From Lama glama (Eukaryota), in NCBI GenBank assembly GCA_028534125.1, contig CM052818.1:35838001-35902000 (forward strand): DNA of 64,000 nucleotides. The letters run 5' to 3'. The translations under genes and the position numbers were made by a program. Shown piece by piece: positions 39,655-54,154 of the stretch; position 1 is the first letter of the stretch; each line of letters begins with the position of its first letter. Below the pieces are notes generated by a model that made no database searches, was not told where the DNA came from, and worked only from the letters and a program-made list of their open reading frames with translations.

Positions 39655-41186
39655 ATACAGGAAGATCAGGAACTTTAACACTGCAGCTACCCTTGCTCCT
39701 TCCTCTCCAGAAGGAAAGAAAATTTATTGTTACTTAGGTCAAATTCTAGCTTAATGACTGGCCATGTAGGACATGGCACATGGAGGACAATGTGTACTAA
39801 GAGGTCTAACTGCTCTATGGTTCTCCCTTTCCTACATTCATCATCCACTTTGCTACACAGAGACAGTTAAGCTGATTCAGCCTGACTTCCTTGGAGTGGC
39901 TGAGTATTTTCCTCTCCCACAGTTAATGGGCCAGAACACATGGGTACTAGAGTTGTCACCAGTACTACCACGCACCTATCATGCTGCACACGGAACCTGA
40001 CAGTCAGCTAACAGAGGAAGGTCACACATTAGGTATGGGGAAATGAGGTTGAGGTGTGTATTAATTCCTAACATAGCCACTTAGGATACAGGAATACAGA
40101 GACCAGAAACAAACTGGACCGATGGAGAATGCAAATTCATGAGTTCTGCTGAGAAAGTTGCCTTAACACATACACACACACACCAAAAAAATAAAAAATG
40201 AAATCTGAATCTATAGACAGTACCTACATCAATTAAACACTGGGTGCTGTGATTAAAGTGTTCGAAGGGAAAAGAGAAAAACAAAGAGATCTTAAATATA
40301 CCGGATGTATATTACGGAGACAAAGGAAACCTTAGGAAAGATGAGGACTGAAGTACCATAACTGCAATTTTCTAAACATTACAAGATGAGTGTTTCAAGT
40401 GTCATATTCCAGGAAAGGGATCAGGTGACTAAGTAAACCCTTTCTGCTTCCAAGATTATGGGAATCACAATAACTACCTCATGATTAAAGGAGAGTGGGT
40501 AAAAGAGATAGAGGCTGGGGTACTGCAAAGAAGAGGTAAGAAAAAATTCTAGCTTACTTATTAACCAGCTGAAAGACAGTATCATGAATCCAAAGTAGTA
40601 CTGTTTTTCAAATACCCTGTTGTTATCTCTTACTATAACCCAGGGAGGTATTTTCCCTAATTAGCCTAAATTTCATCACATACATGTAACCCTTCAGTTA
40701 ATAATAACTTGATAATGATACATGTTGCACATGCTAAACAAACCAAATTATATAAAATTTGACAAGTCATGAAAATGGAAATCCCAATTTAATGCCAGTT
40801 TATTGTAGCAAGATCAACTGTGTCTCCCCAAGGACATGCTTCTCTTTTCTTTTTTCTTTTTTAGATAAATGGCCAAATAAGTTATTTTAGGTTAAAATCA
40901 CTTATTGCTCACAAAAATATAAGGAAAGTTACAGTCTGTGAATAGAAAGGTAATCTTTAATGACAGATGTTATTTTCATAGAGAAGTCAGAGTTCTTGTA
41001 TTTTTCTTGTGATTCTGTATAATGTCAGAGAGTGATGTTGGTTTTTTTCAGCTGTAAAGCTGCACTCTGGAGGAAGGTATGATGAGTTAGAGGCAATTTC
41101 TTTGCACCATTCCTACTGGGATAATCACAGTTACTTCCCATGACACTACAACAATATGAATAGGTTAACAGTTAATCTTTCTCTCT

Positions 41187-41760
41187 CTTTTTTTTATTAA
41201 AGTATAGTTGATTTACCATGTTGTGTTAATTGTAGGTATACAGCAAAGTGATTCAGTTACTTTTATATATATTCTTTTCCAGATTTTTTCCTAGTAAAGG
41301 TTATTACAAGATATCAAATACAGTTCCCTATGCTATACAGTGGTCCTTGTTGTTTATTTTATATATATAGTAGTTTGTATCTGGTTAATCTCAAACTCCT
41401 AATTTATCCCTCCCTCCCCATTTTCTCCTTTGGTAATCATAAGTTTGTTTTTTTATACCTGTGAGTTTGTTTCTGTTTTATAAATAAGTTCCTTTATATC
41501 ATTTTTTTAGATTCTATATATAAATGATATCCTATAATATTTGTCTTCCTCCATCTGACTTCACTTAATATGATCATCATTAGGTCCATCTATATTGCTG
41601 CAAATGGCAGTATCTAATTATTTTTCATGGCTGAGTAATATTTCATTGTGTATGTGCATGTATGTACAACACCCATCCTCTTTATCCATTCATTCGTCCA
41701 TGTACGGATGCTTAGACTGCTTCCATGTCTTGGCTATTGTAAATAGTGCTGCTAAGAATA
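41187..41760 (-). mobile_element. 5'-truncated L1 3' end (artiodactyl-age)
   Basis: Poly(T) at 41188-41195 followed by antisense 3'UTR. The ORF2 C-terminal remnant FLAALFTIAKTWKQSKHP is in ORF 41690..41881. Confidence 0.92.
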
Positions 41761-42337
41761 TGCTTTTCCTAGTCTTTGTTGAGGCTAATTCTGATCTTGC
41801 TGGGAAGGAATTTATAAAGAATTTTAAAGAAAGGATGAGAACTTTACCTGGAAAAAGTGTAAAGAATTTGTAAGCAAGCATGAGGTAAAAAACACCAAGG
41901 AATCTGAAAAGTCTGAGAAGGTAAGTTATTTGTGGGAGAGAAGGTCAAGAAGAGGTGGAGATGTAGCACCTTAATGAGAAACAGGAAAGTGTGAGAATGA
42001 ACAAAGATATTTAAAGGCAACTGAGAGGAAGTAAATCTTGCCAGGTGATATAGAATGTAAACTACTCCCTTCATCCCAACAAAATCTTTAGGAATAGTTT
42101 ACATTATTCACCACCAAAAAATTAATTTGGGCATTATATTTTTGTGTGTTTTTTATTTGTTTTCTAGTATGCAAGAAGTCTTGGGGAGAGTTTCAAGGAC
42201 AGAGAATGGTAGTCTAAGGATCAAGACCAATTTATCTCCCCCCAACACAATAATTACATTATGAAAATATATGGGTATTAAATTGAATTACAGAGTATGT
42301 TATTTCTTATTGAAAAACAACATATATCTTCAGGTCA

Positions 42338-42620
42338 ACTAACCAGTTAGCAAATTGGTTAATACAAGGTCATAATGAAGCCAAGGATTATGGGTCTGGT
42401 TCCCTATGATCTATTAACTGTTCTATTCTGAATCCAAAGACTATATGCCCAATCTTTGGTAAACCACCTTTCAAATGAGAGTAGCTGGATGCTCCATTAA
42501 TGAAAAACAAGAGAAGATAAATAGATGAATGAAAAGTCATCACTACTACTATGGCAAAATTTAAACGAGATGTCCCACTGATTTTGAATCTAGGGTCATA
42601 TTACTTTGTGGAAAAGGTCA
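42338..42620 (+). mobile_element. Ancient tRNA-Ile-headed SINE (MamSINE1-like)
   Basis: The head aaccagttagcaaattggtt...taatgaagccaagg...gggtctggttccc resembles decayed tRNA-Ile(AAT). The body catcactactact...gatgtcccactgat matches my recalled MamSINE1 consensus. Confidence 0.6.
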
Positions 42621-45600
42621 AAGAACTTTCAATAGTCTGGAAAATTAGTCTATTTCAGTCTCATGAAAATTTTTCAAGAAAGCTCACTATGTAATTTTAA
42701 GCCTAAAACCCAAGTGAACACTTTCCAAGAATAAATTAAGAACTACATTCAGAAATGAATTACTACTTAAGATGCAATTATCTCATTTTAATGATGATTA
42801 AATTAAAGCAATTAAACAACTTAACAAAGGAAAAGAATCTAGGAAAGTTCTTGTTAATTGCTGACCATAGTAGAAGAGTTTAAAAAACACACATTTTGTT
42901 TAAATTCCTTTCATGTTTAGATCTAACAAAAGCAATAATGTAATGTAAGTAGTAAGTAACATTAAATTCTTAATCATAATTGAAAAGACAGTACAAAATG
43001 TCTACCCTTTCCTATTTAACCATCTGGAACATGTTACAATCTCTTTGAAAACAAGAAAAATCTGCAAGTATAATTACACTCTGGGACTATTAGCATCACA
43101 TGCTTCAATAAATACTCCTAATAGGGTTCGCTGCTATAATAACTGGCACTAAAACTGATGGATTTTCATTATTTGGCTATTTGTTCTTACTGACTAAATA
43201 CTCAAGGAAACCAATAACCTGTCCCTTGAATAGAAAACAAAGAAACAAAAAACCCCACCCAGCAAGGGCAAAGTCTGACAGGATGCAGAGGTAGAACAGA
43301 AATGATGAGCAGAGCAAAGATATGCAAACCCCTGAGTTCAACTCATATTTTACCTCCCACTTTCTCCCTTTCTTCCGCCAAACCCAATCTGTCGTAACTC
43401 TCTATGCCCTGGTCAAAAGTGACATGGTTAGGGTTAAGAGAAAATGTTATATTAAGTCTTGGGTTAGCTAATTCCAATAAGCTGAAGGTCTTCAGACTCA
43501 ACTGTAATAAGAGAAAATATTCAAAATTTACTCTACTCTTGATGGCTTTGGAGATTTAACATTTAGCTACCTAAACTGGAAAGGTAAGCAAGGGAAGAAT
43601 ACAAGGAACTAAGATTTTCAGGAAGATAGCTCTGGCAGCAGAGCAAGGGAGGGAAGGTGGGTGCTGTGATAATCTAATTCTGATACAACAAGTAGGTGGA
43701 CTAATGCAGCAACAGTCAGGGTAAATGAGACACTGGACTAAATCAGCAAGAGGTGGGGGTGAAAAAGAGAGGCCAAATTGTCTGTATGTATGACAATTTT
43801 TGTGTTTATTGTGTAAGTCTTGAAAATAAATAAAAAGAATAAAACAAAAATCACCCATAACTATTTCATCTAGAATTAATGCAAACATTTGTATATCTAT
43901 TCTTCTACAAATATAGACACATAGTTTTTTTATAGTTTTGTTTTAATTATAGTATAGTGTGCATATTATTTAAGAGCATCATTTTTCACTATATATATAC
44001 ATAACTTCTCATATTATTAAATATTCTTCTGTGTCATCTGTAACATATTTGTATATCACAGTTTTTATGCAGTGCAGTGGTGCAGGACTTTAGATTAGCT
44101 CGGATTTTTTTGCTACTAAAAACAATGGTATGATGAAGCGTTTTTCTGGCTAAAACTGTGTTTACATTCAGGATTATATTCTCTGAATAAGGTCTACAAA
44201 CACCAAGTTTCCTATTGTGGGAGTTTAGATGTATAATTAATGCCACTTAGTCAAGATTGAGTTTACAGGAGATAGGTGTCTGAGGGAAAAGTCAATGAAT
44301 TCAGTTATGTACACATTAATTATGAATATGACATTCAAGTAGGTAAATCCAGTTGACTTCCAAAGTAGTGGGATACAAAGGTTTTGGGAATCAATGACAT
44401 TGACAACAGTGGAATAGGCAAGATGACCAAAGAAATGTATGAAGAGAGGAGAATGTACTATTATGGAAACACCACCATATTTAACATCACTAAAGGCTGA
44501 AAGAATAAGTACAAAAAAAAAAAAGAGAGAGAGAGAAAATGAATAAAGGTAAGAGGAAAACCAGAAATTGAGGGTAAGAGATCATAATCTTTAGTTTTGA
44601 GAATTTCTTTGAACCTGACAAAACAATCACAATCCCTTTAAAATAAGACAAACTTAGAAAATTACCCAATGGTGGTCAAGAGTCCTTGCTAAAATAAACC
44701 CCAATAAGGCACAAATACTTCCCCCTAAAGACACCAGGAATTCAACATATCCCAATACCACCAGAATCACTGATCTTACATGCTTTTACATTCAGTATGT
44801 CTACCACCCTCCCCCAACTTCATGCCGTAAAGGTCCAAACAATGAAAATTTCTACGTAAGTTTGTGGGACAGTATCATAAAGGGTTTTTTGCTTGTTTGT
44901 GTTTTTTTGGGGGGGTGGGGAAAAGGCAGAGGCAGGGAAGGGGTGGCCTAAAATTGCTTTTCTCTCTTCAGAGTTTCAGCCAGTCCTAGTATACTAAGAT
45001 TTATTATCACAGCAAACATGTTCACAATTTCAACCTCATTTTACAAACTTTCCTAAGTATCTTTTTCAGAATTAACTTTCACAAACATGATTTCATTTTT
45101 CCTTTTTTCTTTCTAGATTCTGCTTACCCCTCAGAGATTAAGATCTTTAGTCCCCCAACAACTGGTTTCCAATATTTCCAAATACCCACATCAATTTCCC
45201 CACTTTCCCCAGCTCTAGTCAGGGACTGCTCTTGCAAAAAACCAGTCTTCATATGGATGTACAAGCTGAGCTGCAGGAGATCAGAATGTACTCCTACATC
45301 AAGTCACGTTCTTCTGGCTGCCAGAACATGCAGAGATACTGCTTGCCTTGAAGATATTTTTAAAGACCAACTTCATTATTCCTGTAATTCCTGATATCGT
45401 ATTACCTATTACAATTATCCATTTCAACATCCTCTTCTTTCTTCTAGACTCACATTCCTCCCCTGCCAAGGAATTCTTATTCATTCTTTTTCTTATCCCA
45501 ATTTTGCCACTGGAGTGGTCCTTCCTTTCCATGTTTTTAGTATGTTGTTTTATTGGGAAGGGGCACTAGAAAAAGATAGAAAGAAATCTCAACTCCTACA

Positions 45601-46049
45601 TATACAATTTTGTTGACTGATATCAAATCCAAACCAGAGCAACGTACTATACCAAGTTAAAACTATGAATGTAAATAAGCCACTCAAACAATTTTTCATC
45701 ACATTGAGTAAGAATGATGAGAGAAAGAGAAATGTATAAATAGTGATATTCACCCCAACTCACAAATCATCATTTCCATCACTGTTTTGTGCCATTCCCT
45801 TTCTCTTCACTGTAAGTATAACCTAATGTGACAAAAGCCCCTTCCCCAAGTGGACCACAGGTTCCTTGAGAGCAGGAAGGATATGCTTTACTTACTGCTG
45901 TATTTCCAAAGCTTAGGGCAGTGCTTGGCACCATGTATATTCTCAGTAGAGATAGTAAGCATGGCCCCCACTAGCACCATCAACTGCTCTCTCAGCATCA
46001 TCCTAGACCAAAGCTTTCTAAAATCTTCTATTTTAGGGGGGGATACTTT

Positions 46050-46470
46050 GAATCTGATACTGACCATACACTGTGTGCCAAGCAATATATTACAGGTTCT
46101 ACTTGATTTTGTTTCTTCAAAATCTTTGTGAAGTAAAAATAATTATCCTCCTTTACCAGTAAGAAAATAAAAGCTCAGAAAAGACAAATTACTTTCTTAC
46201 AGCTACACCGTAAGCAGTTGTGTAGAGTCATGCCTATCTCACTGTAGATCAAGGCTTTCTTTGACAGACTGACTACCTGCATTCAAATATCAATTGTGCT
46301 ACCTACTGGCTGTGCAGTCTTTAGATAACTTATAATTTCTCTGTGCTTTTATTTGCTCATTTATAATATGGGGATGGTAACAGTCACTACAGGGTTGTTT
46401 TAAAGAATAAATGACAACATATGTGAAGGATTTAGACTAGAGCCCAGAACATAAAAATACTAATAGCTAG
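46050..46470. mobile_element. Two MIRs in opposite orientation (minus ~46050-46240, plus ~46270-46470)
   Basis: attatcctcctttaccagtaagaaaataaaagctcagaaa, and ctacctactggctgtgc...ttgctcatttataatatggggatgg. Confidence 0.7.
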
Positions 46471-46576
46471 GGTTATTGCATGCTACTTATGTATGCTACC
46501 TTATCTTCAATAAGCATTAGCTATTGATGTCTAATTATTTAAGTGTACACAAAGAAACTGTCAACTTTTTCTACAC

Positions 46577-46735
46577 CAGTGGTTCTCAAACCTTGTAGTG
46601 TATCAGAATTATCTAAAAAGCTTTTTACAATACCTACAGGCCTTGTACCCTGGAGTTTCTAGTTTGTGAGTCTGGTTGGGCTCTATAAATCATTCTTTTG
46701 AAAATGTTCTAAGAGGATTTCCATACCTTGAGATA
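46577..46735 (+). mobile_element. MER5-like hAT-Charlie element
   Basis: cagtggttctcaaaccttgtagtgtatcagaattatc...gagtttctagtttgtgagtctgg. Confidence 0.65.
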
Positions 46736-48124
46736 AGCTAAACTATAGATCATAAAATATTTCTGCTACATAGCATGTAAAATTGTTCAATAAGATGTAA
46801 AAAGTGGGAAAAAAATCCAATCTCCAGTGTCAGATACATCATAATGGATGCAAGGGGAAACCACTAATGTCAAGAATGAAAACAAATTAAGAGAGCGGAT
46901 AGAAAAGCAAGCAGTGAAGCTGCCAGATACTCCTGGTAACCTAGGAGTGGGTGTGACCAAGGAAAAAGGCTGAGGCCTTCTAAGTCAGAACAGAGACCAT
47001 CAGACAAAGTTAAAGCCCAAGAAAAACAACAACCCAGGAAATGAAAGAATTCAAACATTAAAAACACCTTAAAGACAAATAACAAGGAAAATCTACCTCA
47101 GTTTTAGCAAACACATGAGAATTTGTGCCTGAGTCAATTATATTATGTGGATGTTCTTAAAAACTAAAAGTGAGAATTTTAAGTTAAAATCCATGTTCAC
47201 AGACCCCCAACTCCAAGCACATACATAGTAGAAGGAAATAAAAATCCCCTCTAGAGAAAGTACCCTGAACTCAAACTGAAAAGAATTCCCACAATTACAG
47301 AGGGTTCCAAAACAAAATGAGTTCACAATTCAGAAAGAAAATCACAAAACACACAAGTAAACAAGACACTATCACAAAAACCCAACAAAAATAAACAATA
47401 AAATTTGTTGCAAAAATATCCTGTAAATTTTCATATATTATAAGCATCAAATATAGAACATCAAATATGTTTAATAAAAAAGGGGAATAGATGAGTGAGT
47501 TGAAAACATCAGTAAGGTTTAACAGAATATAAAAAATGAACAGGCAAATCTGAAAGAGAGTCAAATACAACTGAGAGAACTGAAAAACAAAAATAAAATC
47601 ACAATGTTAAGTAACTAAAATACACTGAACAGAGTCAGTAACCTGTAAGACACAAATGACAAAATTATAGCAGCCTATACAGTCACAGAGAAATGAAAAA
47701 TATGAGAGGTAAGGAGACATGGAAGAGAGAATGGGACAATCACTACCAGAAAGACTACATTCTCTGATCACAATGCAATGCAGTAAAAGTCAAGAAGAAA
47801 ATAAGCATAGAATTGCCATACATTTGAAAATTTTGAACTTCACCTCTAAATAACTCACAACTCAAGAAAAAATTACAGAAAAAAAATTAAAACTAAGAAT
47901 GAAACAGTAATGAAAATACTACATTTCAAAATTATAAAATGTGAAAGCAATACTTAGAGAATGTATTCCCACAAATGCTTTTATTAGGAAGAATGAAAAA
48001 TAATGAGCTAAATGTTTAACTAAAAAAAAACTCTCCTTATCTAAAAAAAAGGTTAAAAAAGAGATAAATATTAAAGTATAAGCTAATGAAATGGAAAACA
48101 AACACAAGAAAGAGAATGATAAAC

Positions 48125-48595
48125 ACAGTGATGTGGTGAATATCATGTACCCACTGAAATGGTATGATGAGAAGGGTGCTTCCCCTCCATGGTATTCCTT
48201 TCATAACTCCTGTCTGATCATGAGAAAAACATGAGACAAACTCAGATGGGGGACATTCTATAGCATACCTGGTCAGTACTCCTCAAGGCTGTGAAGGTCA
48301 TGAAAACAAGGGAAAGCTAAGGAAGTGTCACGGACTAGCGGAGACTGGCGAGACATGACAATTAAATACAGTGTGATACTCTGGGTTGAACTCTGTACCA
48401 AACAAGGATATTAATGAAAAAACTGTTAAAATCAAAAAAGTCTGGAGTTTAATAAGACAATGTCAATGTCTTATCTTTGACAAAATGTACCACAGTAATG
48501 CAGGATGTTAATATAGGGTGGGGGAGGTGAGGGGCATTCTAGAGCTCAATATCCTGTTTTTGCAACTTTTCTGTAAGTCTAAAATTATTCAACAA
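48125..48595 (+). mobile_element. L1MC-like 3'UTR fragment
   Basis: atcatgagaaaaacatgagacaaactc...cagtactcctcaaggctgtgaaggtcatgaaaacaaggg...gcaacttttctgtaagtctaaaattattc. Confidence 0.85.
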
Positions 48596-49214
48596 GTTTT
48601 TTTTTTAAACTAACTCAGACAGATATAAAAAGAGTTAATAATTCTACATCAAGGAGACTAAATCAATAGTTAAAAATTTTCTCCAAAACCATGAGTCAGT
48701 CAGTTTTGTTTAAAAGTATAATATTTGGGGACTGAGTGATCAAACTACTTAGAATTCACTCCATATACAAACTTGGTTTTGTGTTCTTGGTGTAAGACTG
48801 GTCTTCAAGGTGTGTTATATTATGAAAAACAAGAAAATACAGATAAACAAAGAAAAGAAAATTCAATCATAATAATTTAAAAAAATCTTCTCATTAAGCA
48901 AACAGTTGAGTTTTATTAAAGTTTTCCTGAAAGAAAATTCACTCTATGAGGCCAGTATAAACTTAGTACCACAACCAAACAGTATTAAAAAAGGAAGTAA
49001 CATGTAAATCTCACTTTTGAATATTGGTACAAAAGTTGAAATAAAATAGAGGTATCTCTCACAATCCAAATCTCAGCACAGGCAATGAATTAATACAGTA
49101 AATTTTAATAAAGACAGTGCTGATATCCTTTGTTATTCCAACTCACCTTATTAGTTTATAAAATGTATCAAATAGGAAAAAAAAGATGCAGTGTCCTTTG
49201 ATGCCCATATACTA

Positions 49215-49717
49215 ACTATTCCCTCTCCAAGACTTAGGAAACTCCCAGGGGTGCCACAGGGTGCTTTCAATTTGAGGGAAACAGCAATATATGTCTGTCA
49301 GACGTCACATATACTGTTTCACAGTTTCAATAACAAATCACACTGCATTCCTTCTGATGATCTCTGATCTTTGTGAATCTGAGTTTATGGCAGTTGCTGT
49401 GATAAAAAGCAAGCAAAGTGTGGAAATCAACATGGAACAAGAAATGAGGGTGGCAGTGCCCAATCTGAGTCCAGGATTCAAAAAGTTATGCAATACTCTC
49501 AGATGCACACATCTCATTAGTAAACTGAGCTTATTTAAAAATAAAATTAAAATATTACTTTTTCTTTAAATTTATGCATATTATTTTTTCAAACAGCTAC
49601 TAAGTTGTTAGGACATAAATATTATTAAAAGTTGTTTGAACCTAGCAATAAATGTAGCAATTAGGTATTTTTTTGACCTAGGGGCACTATGAACTGGGAA
49701 ATTTTGGGAATCTCTGA
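49215..49717 (+). mobile_element. hAT-Charlie element (MER119-like) with a transposase C-terminal remnant
   Basis: ORF 49291..49569 contains LCESEFMAVAVIKSK..INMEQEMRVAVPNL, resembling a Charlie-type hAT dimerisation C-terminus. The right end is aaattttgggaatctctg. Confidence 0.75.
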
Positions 49718-50229
49718 AATAGTCATTATATCCTTACTAAGTCCTTATTTATATCTGTTATACTCTTACTATATTCAAACTAAGAATGCCCAAAAAATGT
49801 AGATAGTCAAAGATACCTACATTAATAAACTGAATACAGTGATGAATGAAAGATTTATGTACCTGAGCTTATGCTGGGAATACAAGTTTGATTTAACATT
49901 ATAAAGATATAAATATTATTTACAAAATTAAAAGATAAAAGGAGAAAATCCAAATGATCATTTTACTAGTTACTGGTAAAACATCTGATTAAATTCAATA
50001 TTCTTGATAAAATTTTTAGAAAAATCTTTAAGATTTTTAAGAACCTCCCTACTTTATAAAGGACACGTAGAGAGCACAGAAAATACTGTAAATAACTGTG
50101 AAACAGTTGAAGCATACACTTTAAAATGAGAAACAAGACAAGGACACTGATTAATCACCACCTCCATCCAACTTGTATAGGTCTGTCCAGCCCAGTATAC
50201 AAAACCGGGTGGGAAGTAGAGGGGAGTGA

Positions 50230-50468
50230 AGATATTGGTATGGAAGAAACAAAACTTGGCCAGAAGATGGGAAAAGAGAAACTGGGTGATCATACATGGC
50301 AGATTTTGTGGGCCAAACCTGAACATTACATTACTTCTACTCACACTCTACTGACTAGAAGTCATATTAAGTATACATACCTAATGCAAGGGAGGCGGAA
50401 AATACAACCTAACTCTACGCAGGAAGAAGAGAAAATTTTTAGTGTACATCTAGCCACCCTATGCCACA
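50230..50468 (-). mobile_element. MaLR LTR fragment (MLT1J/K-like)
   Basis: cattacttctactcacactctactgactagaagtc...aatgcaagggaggcggaaaat...ctatgccaca. Confidence 0.65.
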
Positions 50469-53400
50469 AACCAAACTAGAAAATAATTTAGCACTTAAAT
50501 TGAATGTGCACATACCCTATGACTCAGCAATTCTAGTCCTAGGTAGAGAAGCTTTTGCACAGGTATACCACAAGACATGTATTAGAATACTCATTGCAGT
50601 ATTGTTGATAATAGAAAAAACAAAACAAGTGTGTCAATCAACAATAAGACAAATCTTCACATATTCATAGCCTTGAAAATAAACGTTGTGCAGAACAATG
50701 TAAATGAATCTTAGAAACCTGAAAGTAGGTCTTAAGAACACATTCAACATACCATTTTTTATAAAGTTCAAAAAAAAATCAATAATTATCTAGGCATAGC
50801 TACATGTGCAGGAAAACTTTTTAATTAAAAAAATAACAGTCACAGAATTCAGCATAGTGTTTACACCTGGGGAAAGACAGAAAGAGGGATGTGTTGAGAA
50901 AGGCTTACACAGGGAGTTTCCACTGTACTGGAAAAATTCCACTACTTAGGTTAGTGTACATACTATTGCTTAGTTCATATTAACATACTAAACAATATTT
51001 TTACATCTATTATTTAATGGAGGGCAATAAATTTTTATTAAATGGATTAAGGAGATTCTAGAACAGTGTTTTATGGAGAATAACTTAAATATTTCAAATA
51101 TTCAATTACTTCCTTATTTTTTAACCAAAATATATTGTCTTGACTACCTAGAGAGCTACTATTCAAGAAACTACTAGTTATTATATAAATGTAGCAAAGA
51201 ACTAGAGTTTATTAAAAACCTTTACCAGTTAACCATCCAATTACTTGTTCCTATTCTTCCCCAACCACACGACCATTTCAAGAATTGTAATTAATAAACA
51301 ACTGACAGCTATGTTGAAGTCTCAGTGCTCTCCCTGAATTTTAATTATGGTGGGTATTTTTTGAAACTACAGAAGTAGTAACAATGAACAATTAAGGGGG
51401 GAAGACATAATAATTCCAAGCAAGATTAAAATACATGCAAAGGAAGAAATACTTGTATTCTGACCTCTTGGGTAAACATGGGAGGAAGGAGGAATTGTTT
51501 TCCAAAGAATGATCTCTAGAGGAATCCCAATTAATAAAACTGTCAGGGGAAGAAGTGGGATTAGGATGTTCAGGAGCTATTAAACCCTTTTCTCCTTTTG
51601 TTTAAAATGCAGCTTCACTGACTGAGTATAAACAAACAGTATTCCTTTGTAAATACTGAAACTACAGAATCATGGAAAGCTTTCCATGTAAACTGAATGA
51701 TATTTTAAATATTCCATTCTCTGGTAACTTTGCAACAAACCTTAATAATACCATATATTACTTTTGCATTGTAAGATGATAATTTGTACTGAAATCTTGA
51801 AAACATAGACTACTTGGAAAGAAAATCAGTCTGATCTGATGAAAATGGAGGTACTCAATATTACCTGAGGTACAGAAAATAAACAGTCTAATTTCAGTAA
51901 TTCAGATTCTATGCATATCATAAAAAGTGTCATAAATGCAATCCAAAGAAGAGATTTACCATGGGAGTAATAAAAGTAAGAAGCAATAAGGGTTGGAGAA
52001 CAGAAATTAAAATGTGGCTTGAGAGGCAGATATAGGAGGAACCACCATCACTGAAAGAATCTGTTATCCAGAAAGGAAGCAAGAAAAGGCAGGCTCAGCT
52101 ACAACAGTAGCAATATCTGGCGCAAGAACATCCCAATTAATGCCACTCTTAAGACTATGGGGCAAATGAAAACAAAGGCACATACTGTTTGATGACAAAA
52201 TGAAAAATGACGAAAGGGAAATAGCAGATAATCTCAATGTTATCCTCAAGAAGTAACCAATACTTTGTTGGATTTTTAAGACTGATAGACCAAAAAAGAG
52301 AATGGGGGGTGAGAGAAGAAAGGTAAATTATACAACTAACTGAACCTAAAGCTGTAAGGCATATAAAAATGATTAATCATAAATAATAAGCAGATAAAAA
52401 GGGCTGTGTGTAAGTTATAAGATATTAACAAAGTTTTATTTTAAAACATGTAGTACATTTTAACCATAGCTAAGCCTCCTATTTGTGGGGCTCTGTGCTT
52501 GCCCCAGTAGCCCCACTACGTAAAACATTTGAAGTCCTATCTATAAGAGCTTAAATTTGACATCCGCCATAAGTTCTTCCCAGGAAATAGTCTTTAGTAC
52601 CTTCCCACTTTGAACTTGCAGTTTTCACTGTCTTTATCACAGTAGGTACTAACTATACATTTGATGGTTAGAGATGATTTACCAGTAATCCGACATCTGT
52701 TATCTTCAAATATTAAATTTCACCCTATAAAGTTTATAATAAAAGTATGTTGGTTTCACCAAGTAGAATAAAATTCCATAATAAGAAGATACTATATTTT
52801 ATGCCTCAGAGTAGAATAGTGGAATTTTATAGTACAATGATATAGTAACATTAATTCTATTGAGTATCTGTTGAGTCATATGTGTAAACCAGTCATCAAA
52901 TTCTAACTGCCCACTTTCTGTATTTCCACATCACTGTCAAAATTAGCATCATTCTTATAGCACCAGACTGACAATTTAGACAAAATTAGTATATCTCCCT
53001 CATATTTGTCTCCAACATTAAATCACAAAGTTCTGTCCATTCCCTCATCAATCTCTAAGAGATTTAGATTCTTTCTATTTATAAATTTTTGTTCACATTC
53101 TCATCTTCTGTGCTTGAACCTGGAAACCACTCTAACTCATTTTTCATGCAGAACAGTATCTTTTGTTTTTATTTAGTCACTTCCCTCCTAATTAACTCTG
53201 TGTTTTTTTTAACTGCATAGCTAAACAAGTGTAAAAAGTATATTCAATGCCTTACTTCAGTTTTTCCCTGTCTTTCCTTCTTCACTACTCTCATAAGGCT
53301 ATGGTGTTCTACTTATTGGGATTATCCCCCATCCTCATATATATGCATAGCATGTACATTTTCTTCAAAATTTGATCAAAATTCACATTAAGAATATGTG

Positions 53401-53698
53401 TCTTTCACCCTATTCTGATCACTGCTCCCTGATTTTTCTAATTTACATATTATTTAATACTTGTTCATATGCTTTGTTTTCCCATGCTGCACTTAAATAC
53501 AAAATTCTATTATACAAATATATCCCCGGCCATAGCCATGCATGTTTCTTTTTAATTTAAACTTGTTAATATTCTTTATACTAATTTCAATTTCTTATTA
53601 AACTAATTTCAGTTTTTATATAGCTAATTTCATTTATGAAAATACTAAGGAATCTGAATCTTTTTTCCTCACTGAAATTAATTTACTTACTTGGTACC

Positions 53699-54154
53699 TG
53701 TGATGGTTAATTTTATGTGTCACCTTGGCTAATTCACAATGCCCAGATATAGATTTGCTATGAAGGGTGTTTTTTTGGTTTTTGATGAGATTATAACATT
53801 TACATCAGTAGACTTTGAATAAAGCAGATTATCCTCCATAAGGATAATGGGTAAGCCTCATCTAATCAGTTGAAGGTCTTAAGAGAAAAAAGACTGAAGT
53901 CCCCCAAGGAAGAGGTAATTCTGCCTGTAGACTGCTTTCAGACTTGAGCTACACTCAACTCTTCCCCAGGTCTCCACCCTGCCAGCCAACTCTGCAAATT
54001 TCAGACTTGCCAGACACCATAACTTTGTGAGCCAATGCCGTGAAGTCATTCAATCATTCAATCAATCAATCATTCAATCAATCTCTCTCTCTAATACACA
54101 CACACACACACACACACACACCCTATGGATTCTGTTTCTCTATAGAGAAATACA
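53699..54154 (+). mobile_element. ERVL solo LTR (MLT2B-like)
   Basis: TG...CA ends (tgtgatggttaattttatgtgtca ... aataca). A perfect 5-bp TSD gtacc lies at 53694-53698 and 54155-54159. Confidence 0.93.
54046..54121 (+). repeat. Compound (TCAA/TCAT)n, (CT)n and (CA)n microsatellite inside the LTR
   Basis: Directly visible tandem units. Confidence 0.95.

Larger units (their letters stand above)
46800..51030 (+). mobile_element. Fragmented old L1 (ORF1/ORF2/3' remnants) carrying several nested elements
   Basis: A-rich L1 text: acattctctgatcacaatgcaat, aattcactctatgaggccagtataaac, cataccctatgactcagcaattctagtcctagg. Confidence 0.7.

Noticed and set aside
49291..49569. Domesticated transposase gene or exon
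   Set aside because: Only a short, degenerate C-terminal remnant inside a ~500-bp non-autonomous element, antisense to the host gene.
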